Below the pieces are notes generated by a model. It had not been told where the DNA came from, searched no databases, and saw only the letters and a program-made list of their open reading frames with translations. The translations under genes were made by a program, and so were the position numbers. From an uncultured delta proteobacterium (GTDB taxonomy: Bacteria > Desulfobacterota > Zymogenia > Zymogenales > Zymogenaceae), in the NCBI GenBank assembly GCA_963792965.1, contig CAWBYW010000007.1:1-64000 (forward strand): a stretch of DNA of 64,000 nt, in the 5' to 3' direction. This document shows, piece by piece, positions 1 through 9,773 of this stretch (position 1 is its first letter; the number at the start of each line of letters is the position of its first letter).

Positions 1-1
1 A

Positions 2-685
2 ATCATCAGGACGACCATCGAAGCAATCCGTACGCGATGTCCCCGTCTGATCATCAACATGAGCTCGGCAATTCTTACCTCGGGCGACAGGAGATTACGG
101 ATCGCCCCCATCATAGCTGTGAAACCGCCGATGGCGAGCCTCAACACCAACTCCATGAACTTCGCCCTCGTCGACTGGAAGAAGGGCCGAGTCGTGTCAG
201 AAATGCTGTTCGAGAATAGCTTTTCGATGATTGTCGAGTTCAATGAGACGATGAGGGAAAACGGCATCAAACCGGAGTTCGAGATATACGACATGGGGGG
301 ACTCTTCAACATTCTTCTTGTGAAAAAGCAGGGGATATTTGAGGAGCCGATGCACTTCCAGATGGTTTTCGGTGTGGCGGGAGGCGTGCCATACAGGCCC
401 GGCCTCTTCGCACGGATGCTTTCCCACCTCCCTGTGCGTGCGACCTACAGCGCGTGTGGTGCCGGGCCCAACCAGTTCAGGGCGGCCATAACCGCGGCCG
501 TAAACGGGGGGCATATACGCGTGGGGCTCGAGGATAACATCAGGATGCCCGACGGGGAGCTCGCCCGGGGGAGCTGGGAGCAGGTTGAGTGGGCCCGCGA
601 GGTGGCCGCGTCGGCGGGCAGAGGAGTTGCAGGTCCTCAGGACGCGCGGCGGATCCTCGGACTCGCCGCCGATGATGCCGGGTAA
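2..685 (+). CDS. 3-keto-5-aminohexanoate cleavage (BKACE/DUF849) family protein, 5'-truncated by window edge
   Basis: Frame open from base 2 (IIRTTIEAIRTRCPRLIINMSS...); motifs ASLN-SMNF, KPEFEIYD, GHIRVGLEDN. Confidence 0.85.
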   Translation: MIRTTIEAIRTRCPRLIINMSSAILTSGDRRLRIAPIIAVKPPMASLNTNSMNFALVDWKKGRVVSEMLFENSFSMIVEFNETMRENGIKPEFEIYDMGGLFNILLVKKQGIFEEPMHFQMVFGVAGGVPYRPGLFARMLSHLPVRATYSACGAGPNQFRAAITAAVNGGHIRVGLEDNIRMPDGELARGSWEQVEWAREVAASAGRGVAGPQDARRILGLAADDAG

Positions 686-1072
686 GCGTAACGGCATGGT
701 CCAATGCGGTGACCCGAGTGTGTGTCCGTCACGTTCCGGCTCTGAGAAGAGATGCGAAATCCGCCCATGACCGTCGCTGGACCCGTTCAGCGAAACGGCA
801 GTTCCCCGAAAACCAACCATTGGCGCGTCTCTCATAATCGGATGGGCAAAACGGGTTTGTGAACGCCGGATGGCGGCTCCTCGCGAGGTGAGCAGGAAAG
901 CGGGCTTGGCCTCAAGTAAAAAGAAATAATCTAAAAAAAGTACTTGACAGTTACGATATTTTGCCATAATATTGATGCAAAGTTCTATAAATTAGATACA
1001 TTATAGGATATTATATATAATTAGTATAGCTATTATGTATCATAAAGGAACGTCACTGAAATAAGGAGATGA

Positions 1073-1318
1073 ATGATGATGAGAAAAGCCGTGGAAAGAG
1101 AGATGGAGAGGGCCGAGGATCTGGATCTGGAGTCTAAACTCGAGCGGGCCATCGAGATCCTGATGAAGAAGCTCGACATCTCCGAGCGAGAGGCGAAGAT
1201 GAGGATTGCGACTTTCTCAAAGATGAAAGACCTTGACACGGAAAAGACATGCGAGGTCCTCATAAGGCTCGAGAAGATCATCAGCGAGAGCTGGTTTGAA
1301 AAGTCGACCGCGCATTAG
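1073..1318 (+). CDS. Small stand-alone ANTAR-like helical protein
   Basis: AAGGAG RBS; LESKLERAIEILMKKLDISEREA resembles the ANTAR core (IERAKGILM...SEEEA); AT-rich upstream region. Confidence 0.6.
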   Translation: MMMRKAVEREMERAEDLDLESKLERAIEILMKKLDISEREAKMRIATFSKMKDLDTEKTCEVLIRLEKIISESWFEKSTAH

Positions 1319-1395
1319 AGCGGCCCGGAAGGGCCTCATATTACGCCTGACCGGCGGCGTATAGGCATCGGCTTAATTTTTCGGCCTTTATACCG

Positions 1396-1435
1396 AAAAG
1401 AAAAGAGAGACGGGGAGTTGCTCCCCGTCTCTCTT
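1396..1435 (-). terminator. Intrinsic terminator
   Basis: aagagagacggggag/ctccccgtctctctt stem with A-run on + (U-tract on -), just after the 1454..2044 gene. Confidence 0.8.
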
Positions 1436-1453
1436 CAAATTCTGAGTGCACCA

Positions 1454-2044
1454 CTATTTTTTGGCCCATTGGTCCATTATATCGTTGATGGTCTCGGCGA
1501 TGGCCGCCTCGATCGTGGGATCTATCGACTGATGTCTGACCTTCGAGATAACCTCTTTGGTGTTGTTGTCGACGACGGTAACCTCCACCTCCACGAGGGA
1601 ATCGGTGGGATTATACTTCGGCCAGAATCGTGAGGGGACTGTCCCCGAGGAGTAGTCAACGATCGCCCCGTTGACGGTAATATCGGCATTTTTATCGACA
1701 ACCTTAAGCCCGAAGCGCTGGGTGAGAGCGTCCTTCATGTGTCGGGTCAGGAGACGCTCGGCGACGGGGTCGGTCTCTTTCCAGAGATCCTTGAACTCCG
1801 GAACCGTAACGGTCTTATAGGCAGTCAGGTCGGCTTGGGGCTTCGTCCATATCCAATCGACGGTGTCGCCTCCGATCATGCCGCTATAGTCATTGATAAA
1901 ATTCCAGGCTCCAGCGTCGGGATCCTGGAAGTCTGTGTCTTCGGTCAAGACGTCGTGGACGGAAAAGGCCGGACGAGCCCAGATCACGAGGGCGCAGAGG
2001 GTTACTATCAACACCATCAATTGCCTGAGATATCCTCTTCTCAT
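1454..2044 (-). CDS. Secreted DUF4410/DUF3313-like protein, tandem copy 1
   Basis: Signal peptide ending PAFS; GGAGG RBS; strong similarity to 2359..2949; family call is tentative. Confidence 0.7.
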   Translation of the reverse strand: MRRGYLRQLMVLIVTLCALVIWARPAFSVHDVLTEDTDFQDPDAGAWNFINDYSGMIGGDTVDWIWTKPQADLTAYKTVTVPEFKDLWKETDPVAERLLTRHMKDALTQRFGLKVVDKNADITVNGAIVDYSSGTVPSRFWPKYNPTDSLVEVEVTVVDNNTKEVISKVRHQSIDPTIEAAIAETINDIMDQWAKK

Positions 2045-2180
2045 GTCTAATCCTCCTTCTAATATTCACCATATTCATGCATACCGAACGTCCAATAATA
2101 AGAATGAAGATAAGAGATTATTCGAGACAACCCTCCCGGAGGCGGACCCTAATGGATACGTATCACGTATCGATATCATT

Positions 2181-2208
2181 ATTATAACATATGATTCCTT
2201 GTTTTCAA
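2181..2208 (-). promoter_or_regulatory. Sigma70-type promoter TTGAAA-N16-TATAAT with extended TG
   Basis: Reverse complement ttgaaaacaaggaatcatatgttataat; same architecture at 3218..3245. Confidence 0.65.
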
Positions 2209-2307
2209 TGGCAATGGGGTAATCGTTGATCGAAATTCTTTACGACTAATAATGCGGTGGGCGAAATAGGGTTGTCTGTCGGCGGGAGGCCGGGCGGTCT
2301 CTTGTTG

Positions 2308-2340
2308 AAAAAAGGGAGACGGGGAAGCCCCCGTCTCCCC
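2308..2340 (-). terminator. Intrinsic terminator
   Basis: gggagacgggg/ccccgtctccc stem with A6 on +; similar to the 1396..1435 hairpin. Confidence 0.8.
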
Positions 2341-2358
2341 TCATTTCTTAGGGCGCTT

Positions 2359-2949
2359 TTAGCGTTTGGCCCATTCGTCGATGATATCGGATACGGTCTT
2401 TGCGACGGCGCCGTCGATCGAATATTCGTGGGACTGATTCCTCACCTTGGAGATGATTTCCTTTGTCTTGTTGTCAACGACATAGACCTCAACCTCGGTG
2501 AAGGGTTCGCCGGCCCCGAATCCCACCCATACTCTGGTAGCGGTGTTACCGGAGAAATAGTCGACCATGGCACCCTTGACGGTGATGTCGGCGTTCTTAT
2601 CGACGACCTTGAGCCCGAGCCGGCGGGAGAGCCCGTCTTTCATATTTCGGGTCAGGAGGTCCTGGGCCGTGACGTCGGTCTGGTTCGAAATATTTTCGAA
2701 CTCGGGAACCTGCACCGTCTTGTACTGGCTCAAGTTGACCCCGGGCTTAGTCCAGATCCAGTCGACGCTGTCGCCTTCGACCATCCCGGTGTAGTCCGGG
2801 ATAAAGTTCCAAGCGCCCTTTTCCGGGTTTTTAAAGTCGCTGTCCTCGGTCAGGACATTGCGGGCGGAAAAGGCGGTGCCGGCCCAGATCATCAGGGCAC
2901 AGAGGGCCAGCAGCAACAGTAGCACGTGTCTGAGATATCCTCTTCTCAT
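2359..2949 (-). CDS. Secreted DUF4410/DUF3313-like protein, tandem copy 2
   Basis: ATG at 2949 after GGAGG; 591 nt like copy 1; signal peptide; ATRVWVGFGAG motif typical of DUF4410-like proteins. Confidence 0.72.
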   Translation of the reverse strand: MRRGYLRHVLLLLLALCALMIWAGTAFSARNVLTEDSDFKNPEKGAWNFIPDYTGMVEGDSVDWIWTKPGVNLSQYKTVQVPEFENISNQTDVTAQDLLTRNMKDGLSRRLGLKVVDKNADITVKGAMVDYFSGNTATRVWVGFGAGEPFTEVEVYVVDNKTKEIISKVRNQSHEYSIDGAVAKTVSDIIDEWAKR

Positions 2950-3217
2950 ACGAATCCTCCATGGATTATTAATAATATTCACGCACATCACAGGCCGGAT
3001 GGCGAATACTAATCAGCAATAAAAAAGAGGGCTAAAAATAATGAGAGCCGATTTTTCCTGTCAAATAGGTAGAGAATATGATATAAAATATGCCTTTATG
3101 ACAATGGTACGAGTTTAAAGTAGTTCACCAGGAAAAAGCCGCCAATCCAGATATGTCGCAGGTCTCAGGAAAATCGAATGCCGAGAGATGTTTATCATAT
3201 CTGACATTATTGACGAC

Positions 3218-3245
3218 ATTATAACACATCATTTTTCCTTTTCAA
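3218..3245 (-). promoter_or_regulatory. Sigma70-type promoter TTGAAA-N16-TATAAT with extended TG
   Basis: Reverse complement ttgaaaaggaaaaatgatgtgttataat. Confidence 0.65.
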
Positions 3246-3340
3246 TAGGAATGGAATCACGTGCTCAAAGATAATTCTTGATATAGTTAATAATATATTA
3301 TATGAAATAGGTATCAGAGAGATCTATACCGGGGGAAGAA

Positions 3341-3775
3341 ATGAAACTGACGACACTTTCGCGTTACGGGGTGAGGGCGCTGTTCGACATCGCCTATTGC
3401 GGCGAAGGGAAGCCGGTTCGCGCCTCTCAGGTTTCCAGGCGGCAAATGATATCCCTCAATTATATCGGCCAGATATTTCTGAAGCTCAAGCACGCGGGCC
3501 TCATCGTCAGCCATCGGGGACGTTCGGGCGGCTATACCCTGGCACGCCCCCCGGAAACAATAACGGTATTGATGATCATCAATGCCGTCGAGGGACGGAT
3601 AAAGCTGGTGGACTGCGTTGACCCGGGCAGCGATTGCCCGATGATGGTCAAATGCGTCACCCAGGATGTTTGGAAGGAAGCCGGGGAGACGCTTGATAAT
3701 TTCTTCGCGAAGATCACCATCCGCGACCTAATCGACCGAGCGAAGGAAAGAGGGATAAGGCTTGAGGCGTCCTGA
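3341..3775 (+). CDS. Rrf2 family (IscR-like) transcriptional regulator
   Basis: MKLTTLSRYGVRAL, S-RG--GGY-LAR, three-Cys motif CVDPGSDCPMMVKC. Confidence 0.92.
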   Translation: MKLTTLSRYGVRALFDIAYCGEGKPVRASQVSRRQMISLNYIGQIFLKLKHAGLIVSHRGRSGGYTLARPPETITVLMIINAVEGRIKLVDCVDPGSDCPMMVKCVTQDVWKEAGETLDNFFAKITIRDLIDRAKERGIRLEAS

Positions 3776-3927
3776 AGTGCTTGCCGTGTCGTGCGTGCGG
3801 CCGCGAACACTCCGGCTCGCACTGGATGCGAGCGGTGTATCCGATGACCTGAAAAAGGTGGACCGAACCGGTCGACGAGATGTGCTTGTGCCGGCGGAAG
3901 GGAAATAAAGGGAAATAGGTTATCCCG

Positions 3928-4314
3928 ATGAATATAAAGCACCTGCTTGGTCTGTTGAACGTCGCCAGGGATTGGAGGCTCTTTGTGGCGATGATCAAGG
4001 ACAAGCGCTATAAAATCCCCTTTATCAGGAAAGTTGTCTACGCAATTCTTATTATCTATATCGTACTGCCCCTTGATTTCATCCCCGACATGATTCCCCT
4101 CGTCGGCATCGTTGACGACTTAGGTGCCTTTGCGGTGATCCTCGGCGTTACCCTCTACGAGATCTCAAACTATCGCGATTTTCGGGAACAAGAAGAGAGA
4201 GAACGTCCAGTCCATCCGTCGGATAACAAAAAGCGGATAGCCCGGGAGGCGGGGCTTCGTGAGGGTCCGCTGAAGAGTGAAAAGCGCAGTCGGCCTTCGG
4301 ATCCATCGTCTTAA
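3928..4314 (+). CDS. YkvA/DUF1232 membrane protein
   Basis: YIVLPLDFIPDMIPLVGIVDD motif. Confidence 0.88.
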   Translation: MNIKHLLGLLNVARDWRLFVAMIKDKRYKIPFIRKVVYAILIIYIVLPLDFIPDMIPLVGIVDDLGAFAVILGVTLYEISNYRDFREQEERERPVHPSDNKKRIAREAGLREGPLKSEKRSRPSDPSS

Positions 4315-4326
4315 CCACCCACGTGA

Positions 4327-5106
4327 GTGATAATCGTGAACAAAGATCGTCCCGACAGGACACGTGCCTACCTCGAGGGGAGGAACGTGGTGCTTGAAGC
4401 GCTTAGATCCAAGCGGGACATCATGACGATTTATATCGACGAAGGAATCGGGCGAAACGAGAAGATCGAGCAGATCATGGATCTTGCCCGTGCGGCGCAC
4501 GTCCCCCTTTTGAGCGTGAAGAGAAAGGAGCTCGAGAGAATCTCCAGGACCGGGTCCCACCAGGGAGTTATCGCCGAAGCACTCGAGAAGCGAGAAATCA
4601 GCCTCAAGGGCCTTTTGGATTCACTTTCCGGCAAGAACGATCCACTTTTGGTGGTGCTTGGGGAAGTGATGTACGAACAGAACCTCGGCGCGATCCTAAG
4701 GACCGCGGATGGGGCGGGCGTGGACGGGGTAATTATCCCGACGAGGCGCTCGGCCCCCCTTTCGGCGGCTGTCGCGCGTGTCTCGATGGGGGCTTCGGAA
4801 TATGTACCGGTCGTCAGGGAAAGCACGATGAGCACGCTGGCGACGCTGAGGCGTGAGGGGATCGTGATCTTCGGGGTGGAGGCGGGCGGGGATCGGCCCT
4901 ATTTTGAGGCCGACCTTCGGGGTCCCGCGGCGTTTGTGTTCGGCGGCGAGGATAAGGGGCTGTCCGGCACGGTTCGGGAGAAGTGCAATTCTGTGCTCTC
5001 GATTCCGCTCGTCGGTCGGATCACATCGCTCAACGTAAGCGTATCGGTGGGGATCGTCCTCTTTGAGCGGGTCCGCCAGGCCGCATCCCCCGCCGGCGGC
5101 CGGTAA
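4327..5106 (+). CDS. rlmB: 23S rRNA (G2251-2'-O)-methyltransferase RlmB (SPOUT)
   Basis: GRNVVLEAL, HQGV, QNLGAILRTA, GGEDKG, SLNVSV motifs. Confidence 0.9.
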   Translation: MIIVNKDRPDRTRAYLEGRNVVLEALRSKRDIMTIYIDEGIGRNEKIEQIMDLARAAHVPLLSVKRKELERISRTGSHQGVIAEALEKREISLKGLLDSLSGKNDPLLVVLGEVMYEQNLGAILRTADGAGVDGVIIPTRRSAPLSAAVARVSMGASEYVPVVRESTMSTLATLRREGIVIFGVEAGGDRPYFEADLRGPAAFVFGGEDKGLSGTVREKCNSVLSIPLVGRITSLNVSVSVGIVLFERVRQAASPAGGR

Positions 5107-5130
5107 CGGCGGTTTTCACGTTAGGCAGGC

Positions 5131-5169
5131 AAAAGAAAGAGGGGACGCCCTATGGGGCATCCCCTCTTC
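5131..5169. terminator. Hairpin terminator between convergent genes
   Basis: aagaggggacgccc/gggcatcccctctt stem with flanking A-run. Confidence 0.7.
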
Positions 5170-5258
5170 AGCTGTCGTCTTGATTTCTTATAACGCCGTA
5201 CCCTATCTATGAACGCCCATCTATGGACGGTACGGGCGGGTCCAGCCGCCGCCGGCGC

Positions 5259-6233
5259 TCAGACTACCGTTATCGAAGCGAGCGATTTATGCCTTTCGTC
5301 AAGGAGCTCATTGATCCGCTCCATGACAAACTCGGTGAAGTCCGCGAATTGGTCTTTGAATCGCTCCTCGGCCTCCTTCGAAAAGGGGACGAACGAGCGA
5401 TCCATGTCGTCGCCGATGATCTCGCGCGGGTCTATGGGCTTGCCGACCCGGTAAACGATCTTTCCGCTCTTGGCCCACGGGAGGTTACCCGAATAGACGC
5501 GATCGGAGCCGTTGCAGCCCACCGGCACCACCTTCTTGTTAGACTTGAGGGCGAGGTGGGCGATCCCGGTCTTTCCGGTGCCGAGGGTGCGGGAGCGGGT
5601 CCCCTCGGGAAAGATGATGACGTTGAGGTTCTTCTCGAAGAGGGCCTTGAAATTGATCTCGGCCACCTTCGCCATGAGCTGGCGATAGTAGGTGTCGATA
5701 TACTCGGCATACGGGATCTCGATGTCGGAAAGAATCGTTCGAGGATATTCGACAACCTTTTTGATGCTTTCCGACAGCTCCGACCCCAGCTTCTTGAACC
5801 CCGGTTGCCTGTTCACGTAATCGCGAAGCGCCCGGTATTCTATTTTTGATATCTTGTCTTTCACAATCTTCCTGAAGTCCTCTCTGATCAGGTACCCCCT
5901 TGACGGGACGGGGATGTTGTTGGTCCAGTCGAAGAACTTCCTCATGAGAAGGTTGTTATAGTATTCTCCCTTTACCCACGTCGTGGTGTAGGGGAGCCTT
6001 CCCTTTCCCTGCCGCCACATCTTATACTGGAACGGCCAGTAGTTGTAGCGATCGGTGTGGTTGAGGGCGAAGATGACCGTCTCGTCTTTCGGGATATTGT
6101 CGAAGTTTTCGATCTCGATCTTGACCCGGGAAAAAAAGTGATAGTTGGGGATCAAAAGAACTCTGCCGAGAAATATCTGGGCATGACTGTATGTTCTGAG
6201 CTTTATCTTGCTGAGATGTTCGATATCAAGCAC
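5259..6233 (-). CDS. Lysophospholipid acyltransferase (PlsC-like)
   Basis: GTG start after GGAGG; NHT motif I, IFPEGTRS motif III, VVPVG motif IV. Confidence 0.82.
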   Translation of the reverse strand: MLDIEHLSKIKLRTYSHAQIFLGRVLLIPNYHFFSRVKIEIENFDNIPKDETVIFALNHTDRYNYWPFQYKMWRQGKGRLPYTTTWVKGEYYNNLLMRKFFDWTNNIPVPSRGYLIREDFRKIVKDKISKIEYRALRDYVNRQPGFKKLGSELSESIKKVVEYPRTILSDIEIPYAEYIDTYYRQLMAKVAEINFKALFEKNLNVIIFPEGTRSRTLGTGKTGIAHLALKSNKKVVPVGCNGSDRVYSGNLPWAKSGKIVYRVGKPIDPREIIGDDMDRSFVPFSKEAEERFKDQFADFTEFVMERINELLDERHKSLASITVV

Positions 6234-6367
6234 GCGCGTTCCTCCTGATTGGGGTTTCCTTCCGGCAATGCGAGAGCAACCACCGAGCCTTGCCAAAGAA
6301 GCATATGGGTGGCGATTAAAGCAGGAATCCGTGGAAAACACAACGAAAATATGACGTCATCGGCGGC

Positions 6368-7312
6368 TTACGCCGTGTCGTGTCTCCGTTTTTTCCAGCG
6401 GGATTGGGTCCAGAGCCACTGGTCGGTATATTCCCTGATGGTCCTTTCCAGGTTATCGATCCGTTTCTGGGTGAGGGCGACGATGTCTTCTTCGGAGTCG
6501 CCCGTCGGGGTAAACTCGATCGGCTCTTCAATGATGATGCGATAATTCCCGTCATTCTTCCGAATGATATATGTGGGAAGGAGCGGCACCTTCAGCTTGA
6601 GCGAAAGCTGAGCGGGGCCCGCCGCCATAAAAGTCTTTCTTCCGAAGAAGGTGACCTGATAGCCCCCCCGACGCGTAAATTCATCTGCGACGAACATCAC
6701 GAAGGAGGAGTTCCTGAGCTCGCGCACAACCTGCTTTGCCCCCGCGACCCGGTTCTCCATCATGATCCTCTTCAGGCCGTTGACGTCCATAAACTGATTC
6801 CATCTCCTGTCGAACGCCTCCGACTTGAGCTGCTTTATCAGAGAGACGAATCGATCATCCTCCATGGCAAGCCTGAGCATCATGATCTGAAAATTTCCGA
6901 GATGTGCGCTCACCCCGATAGCGCCCTTGCCGTCGGCTCGTGCGGATGCAAGGTGCTCGATGCCCTCGATCGTCACCCTTTTCCTGAAAGTCTTCCGATT
7001 CCTCGGGTTTTGAAAATAGAAGAGATCCATGAAGAAGACCAGCTGGTTGAAGATGACTCTTTTTGCAATCGCGCGCGCCTCGCGCTTCGTGAGGGAGTCC
7101 CGATAGGCGATCAGAATATTCCGGGCCACCCGCCTCCTCAACCCGAACAGGATCCCCACCAGCGGGTAGAGCGCCCAGAAGTTAACATACGCGCATGACC
7201 GGACGACCCACAAGGGGAGGTGGCTGAAAATCGCCGCGGCAAGAGAAAGGAAGAAGACCCCGACTCGCTCTACGGCGACGTGCTTGAGCCTCTTAAATGA
7301 ACTTTTTTCCAT
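6368..7312 (-). CDS. LpxL/HtrB-like lipid acyltransferase
   Basis: N-terminal TM; IEGIEHL, SAHLGNF, VTFFG, DQWLWTQSRWK. Confidence 0.85.
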   Translation of the reverse strand: MEKSSFKRLKHVAVERVGVFFLSLAAAIFSHLPLWVVRSCAYVNFWALYPLVGILFGLRRRVARNILIAYRDSLTKREARAIAKRVIFNQLVFFMDLFYFQNPRNRKTFRKRVTIEGIEHLASARADGKGAIGVSAHLGNFQIMMLRLAMEDDRFVSLIKQLKSEAFDRRWNQFMDVNGLKRIMMENRVAGAKQVVRELRNSSFVMFVADEFTRRGGYQVTFFGRKTFMAAGPAQLSLKLKVPLLPTYIIRKNDGNYRIIIEEPIEFTPTGDSEEDIVALTQKRIDNLERTIREYTDQWLWTQSRWKKRRHDTA

Positions 7313-7345
7313 AAACTGTATCTATATCATGTTGAACGGAACACG

Positions 7346-8907
7346 TCAAAACAATTCGGAAAACTGAGAAAGACGTAGAATATTCAGGCCGGCCAAGCGA
7401 AGATGACCGTCTTGCTGGGGCTTGTACCCGTCAGGATGACGAACCGGTTGACCATGATAGCGCCGTCTTCCTCGACAATCCGACCTCCCCCGGGCGGGTC
7501 TACTCCTTTTCAGCCCGTATTTTGCCCTGAACTCGTCCATGAGGCCCTTGAGGTGTGCGGCCAATCCTCTTACCTTATCGGTCCCGAAGAGGTTCGTGTG
7601 TTCCTTCGGGTCCGCGATAAGATCGTAAAGCTCGGGCTTTCCGCCACCCTCAAACTCTATATACTTGTGAGTGTTGGTCCTCACCGCTTGCTGCGGCGGG
7701 ACCCGATAAGGATAGTCGGCGAAATATTCGTAGAACCAGGCGTCCCTGCCCGGGGCAAGCGCCGGACTCGAGCATCGGCAGGAAGCTTGTCCCCTCCATC
7801 CGCTTTGAGGCCGGCAGGCCCACGAGGTCAAAGAGCGTCGGGGCCAGGTCGACGTTGAGGACCATCTGGCGGGCGCGTCTGCCGCGGTCCTTGACGAGGG
7901 CCGGATAGCGGACAATGAACGGGATACGGATCGACTCCTCATACGCCCAGCGCTTGTCCACGAGGTCATGCTCGCCCCAGAAGTAGCCGTTGTCACCGGC
8001 ATAGATGACGAGGGTATCGTCGGCGATTCCCAATTCGTCAAGCCTGGACAGGAGCCTTCCGATCTCCCGGTCAAGCCCCGTGATTGTTGCGCAGTAGTTG
8101 CGGTAGTGGTGGGGCAGCGGCCCGATCACGCCGTAGAGGAGGTTCCCCCGCGTGAGGGTGATAAAGGGGTCAAATTCCTTGGGGAGGTGCAAATCCACGT
8201 TGTCATAGAGTCCCTTGAGGTCCGGTGGAGGCAGGAACTGGTGGTGCACGGCCTTATGCGCAAGCTCGAGACAGAAGGGCCTCCCGTTACGGGTCTCGAT
8301 GAATTCTATGGCGCGGTCGGTCAGCTCTTCGGTAATATACGACTTTCGGGATGGCTCGTCTTTTCCGTTGACGATGAGGGGACAATTGAAGTACTGTCCC
8401 TGGCCGCCCTGAGCGGTGAAGGTAACGAAGAGATCGATGGCCGAGATCGTGGGGATGATGCCCGGCATATGCCACTTCCCGATGAAGGCCGTGTCGTAGC
8501 CCATGATCTTCATCGGCTCAAAGAAGGTCACGTTTGACCCTTCCCAGGGGGTGATATTATTCTTGACCCCGTGGGTGTGGGCGTAGGTGCCCGTCAAAAA
8601 TGACGCCCGCGAAGGGCTGCAGAGGGACGTGGTGACGAAGGCGTTTTCAAAGAGGACCCCCTCGGCCGCCAGTCAATCCATGGCAGGCGTCTTTGGGAGA
8701 GAGATGACCCATGCACCAGAGATGATCCCAGCGATGATAATCAAGGAGGTGGAATGATGTCGGCGTTCCCGCCTGCTCGTCAGGGCCGAAGGATACTCCG
8801 GAACCCCCATTTAAGAAGTGAGCGGCCAGGCTATGCCGATCCCCTGAGGCGTAGCCGCCTGGTCTGCCGCTGTCCCGCGAAGAAGATGGATCCGTCTTAT
8901 CGAACAT
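7346..8907 (-). pseudogene. Sulfatase (formylglycine-dependent), disrupted by frameshifts and an in-frame TGA; may be sequence error
   Basis: SLCSPSRASFLTG, GKWH, GDNG, YEESIRIP, ELYDL-DP-E-TNL across frames; TGA at 8673-8675; garbled N-terminus (HRWDHL-CMGH); ends approximate. Confidence 0.8.
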
Positions 8908-9773
8908 GTCACCTGGTCTGTCGTTCGGATGGCCGGCGCTGGGGTTAACCGGACGTATGGCCGAAGAGGGCCTTGCTGCGTTCCTCGAAGATATTGAGAA
9001 ATGATGAACGCCAAGGTGCCAGATCGGTGGTGAAGGACAAAGCCCGCCGAGGCCGACCAGGTCTAGAGACGGTATCCCGAGAACGACCCCACACGCGCCC
9101 GCAGTGGGGCGGCCTTGGCCGAGGGTGTGGTTTCTCCGGCTGTGCCACCCCGTGTCTGCGAACGACCCGCCGACAAGCGGAAAGATGAACACGGTTGCCG
9201 AGGTTCGTGGTCGAGCGCCTCCGGGCCGTGTCGACGCCGCCAGATAATGACCGCTTCCTGGTCGTCCAGAGGAAGCGGAGTGACGGGCGGCCGATGATCC
9301 TTCACCGGCCAGCGGGGCCTGTGGAAGAAGCGCCGGATGGACGTGGAGGTCCGAGCCGAGCTGATGATGGGAGCGATGCCCGATACAACCGCCACAATCC
9401 GACAGTGTGTCCGCTCGGGATCTCAGAGAGCATGTCACACACGTACGAAGAAGGCCAGTGATAGAAAATAAATTAACAGAGCAGACAATCCATCTCATGA
9501 AGACCTTTCCATGACATAAAACCAGCATGAAGTTTGTCCTTATACACTATTTTCGGAGAAAGTATGAAGAAGAAGTATTGGTGCTGATGACGGATCAGGT
9601 GCTCCCTCGAGCGCACAGCTGCCTCCTTATTAGCAGTCACGTCACCTCAGTCCTTGTTCACAATTTCCCCTTTCATAGTATACTAAAAGCCCTCAAAATG
9701 ATATGCAGAAGCACGATAGCATAGTCACAAGCGACACAGCCTAGTCTGCCCGGCGGTTACAGGGAAAGATGTA

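Noticed and set aside
197-967. 256-aa minus ORF
   Set aside because: Overlaps the BKACE gene antisense and has no recognisable motifs
8673-8675. In-frame TGA in the sulfatase as selenocysteine
   Set aside because: It falls at an Arg position (TPAMD-R-LA, CGA to TGA), not the catalytic Cys, and borders a garbled region
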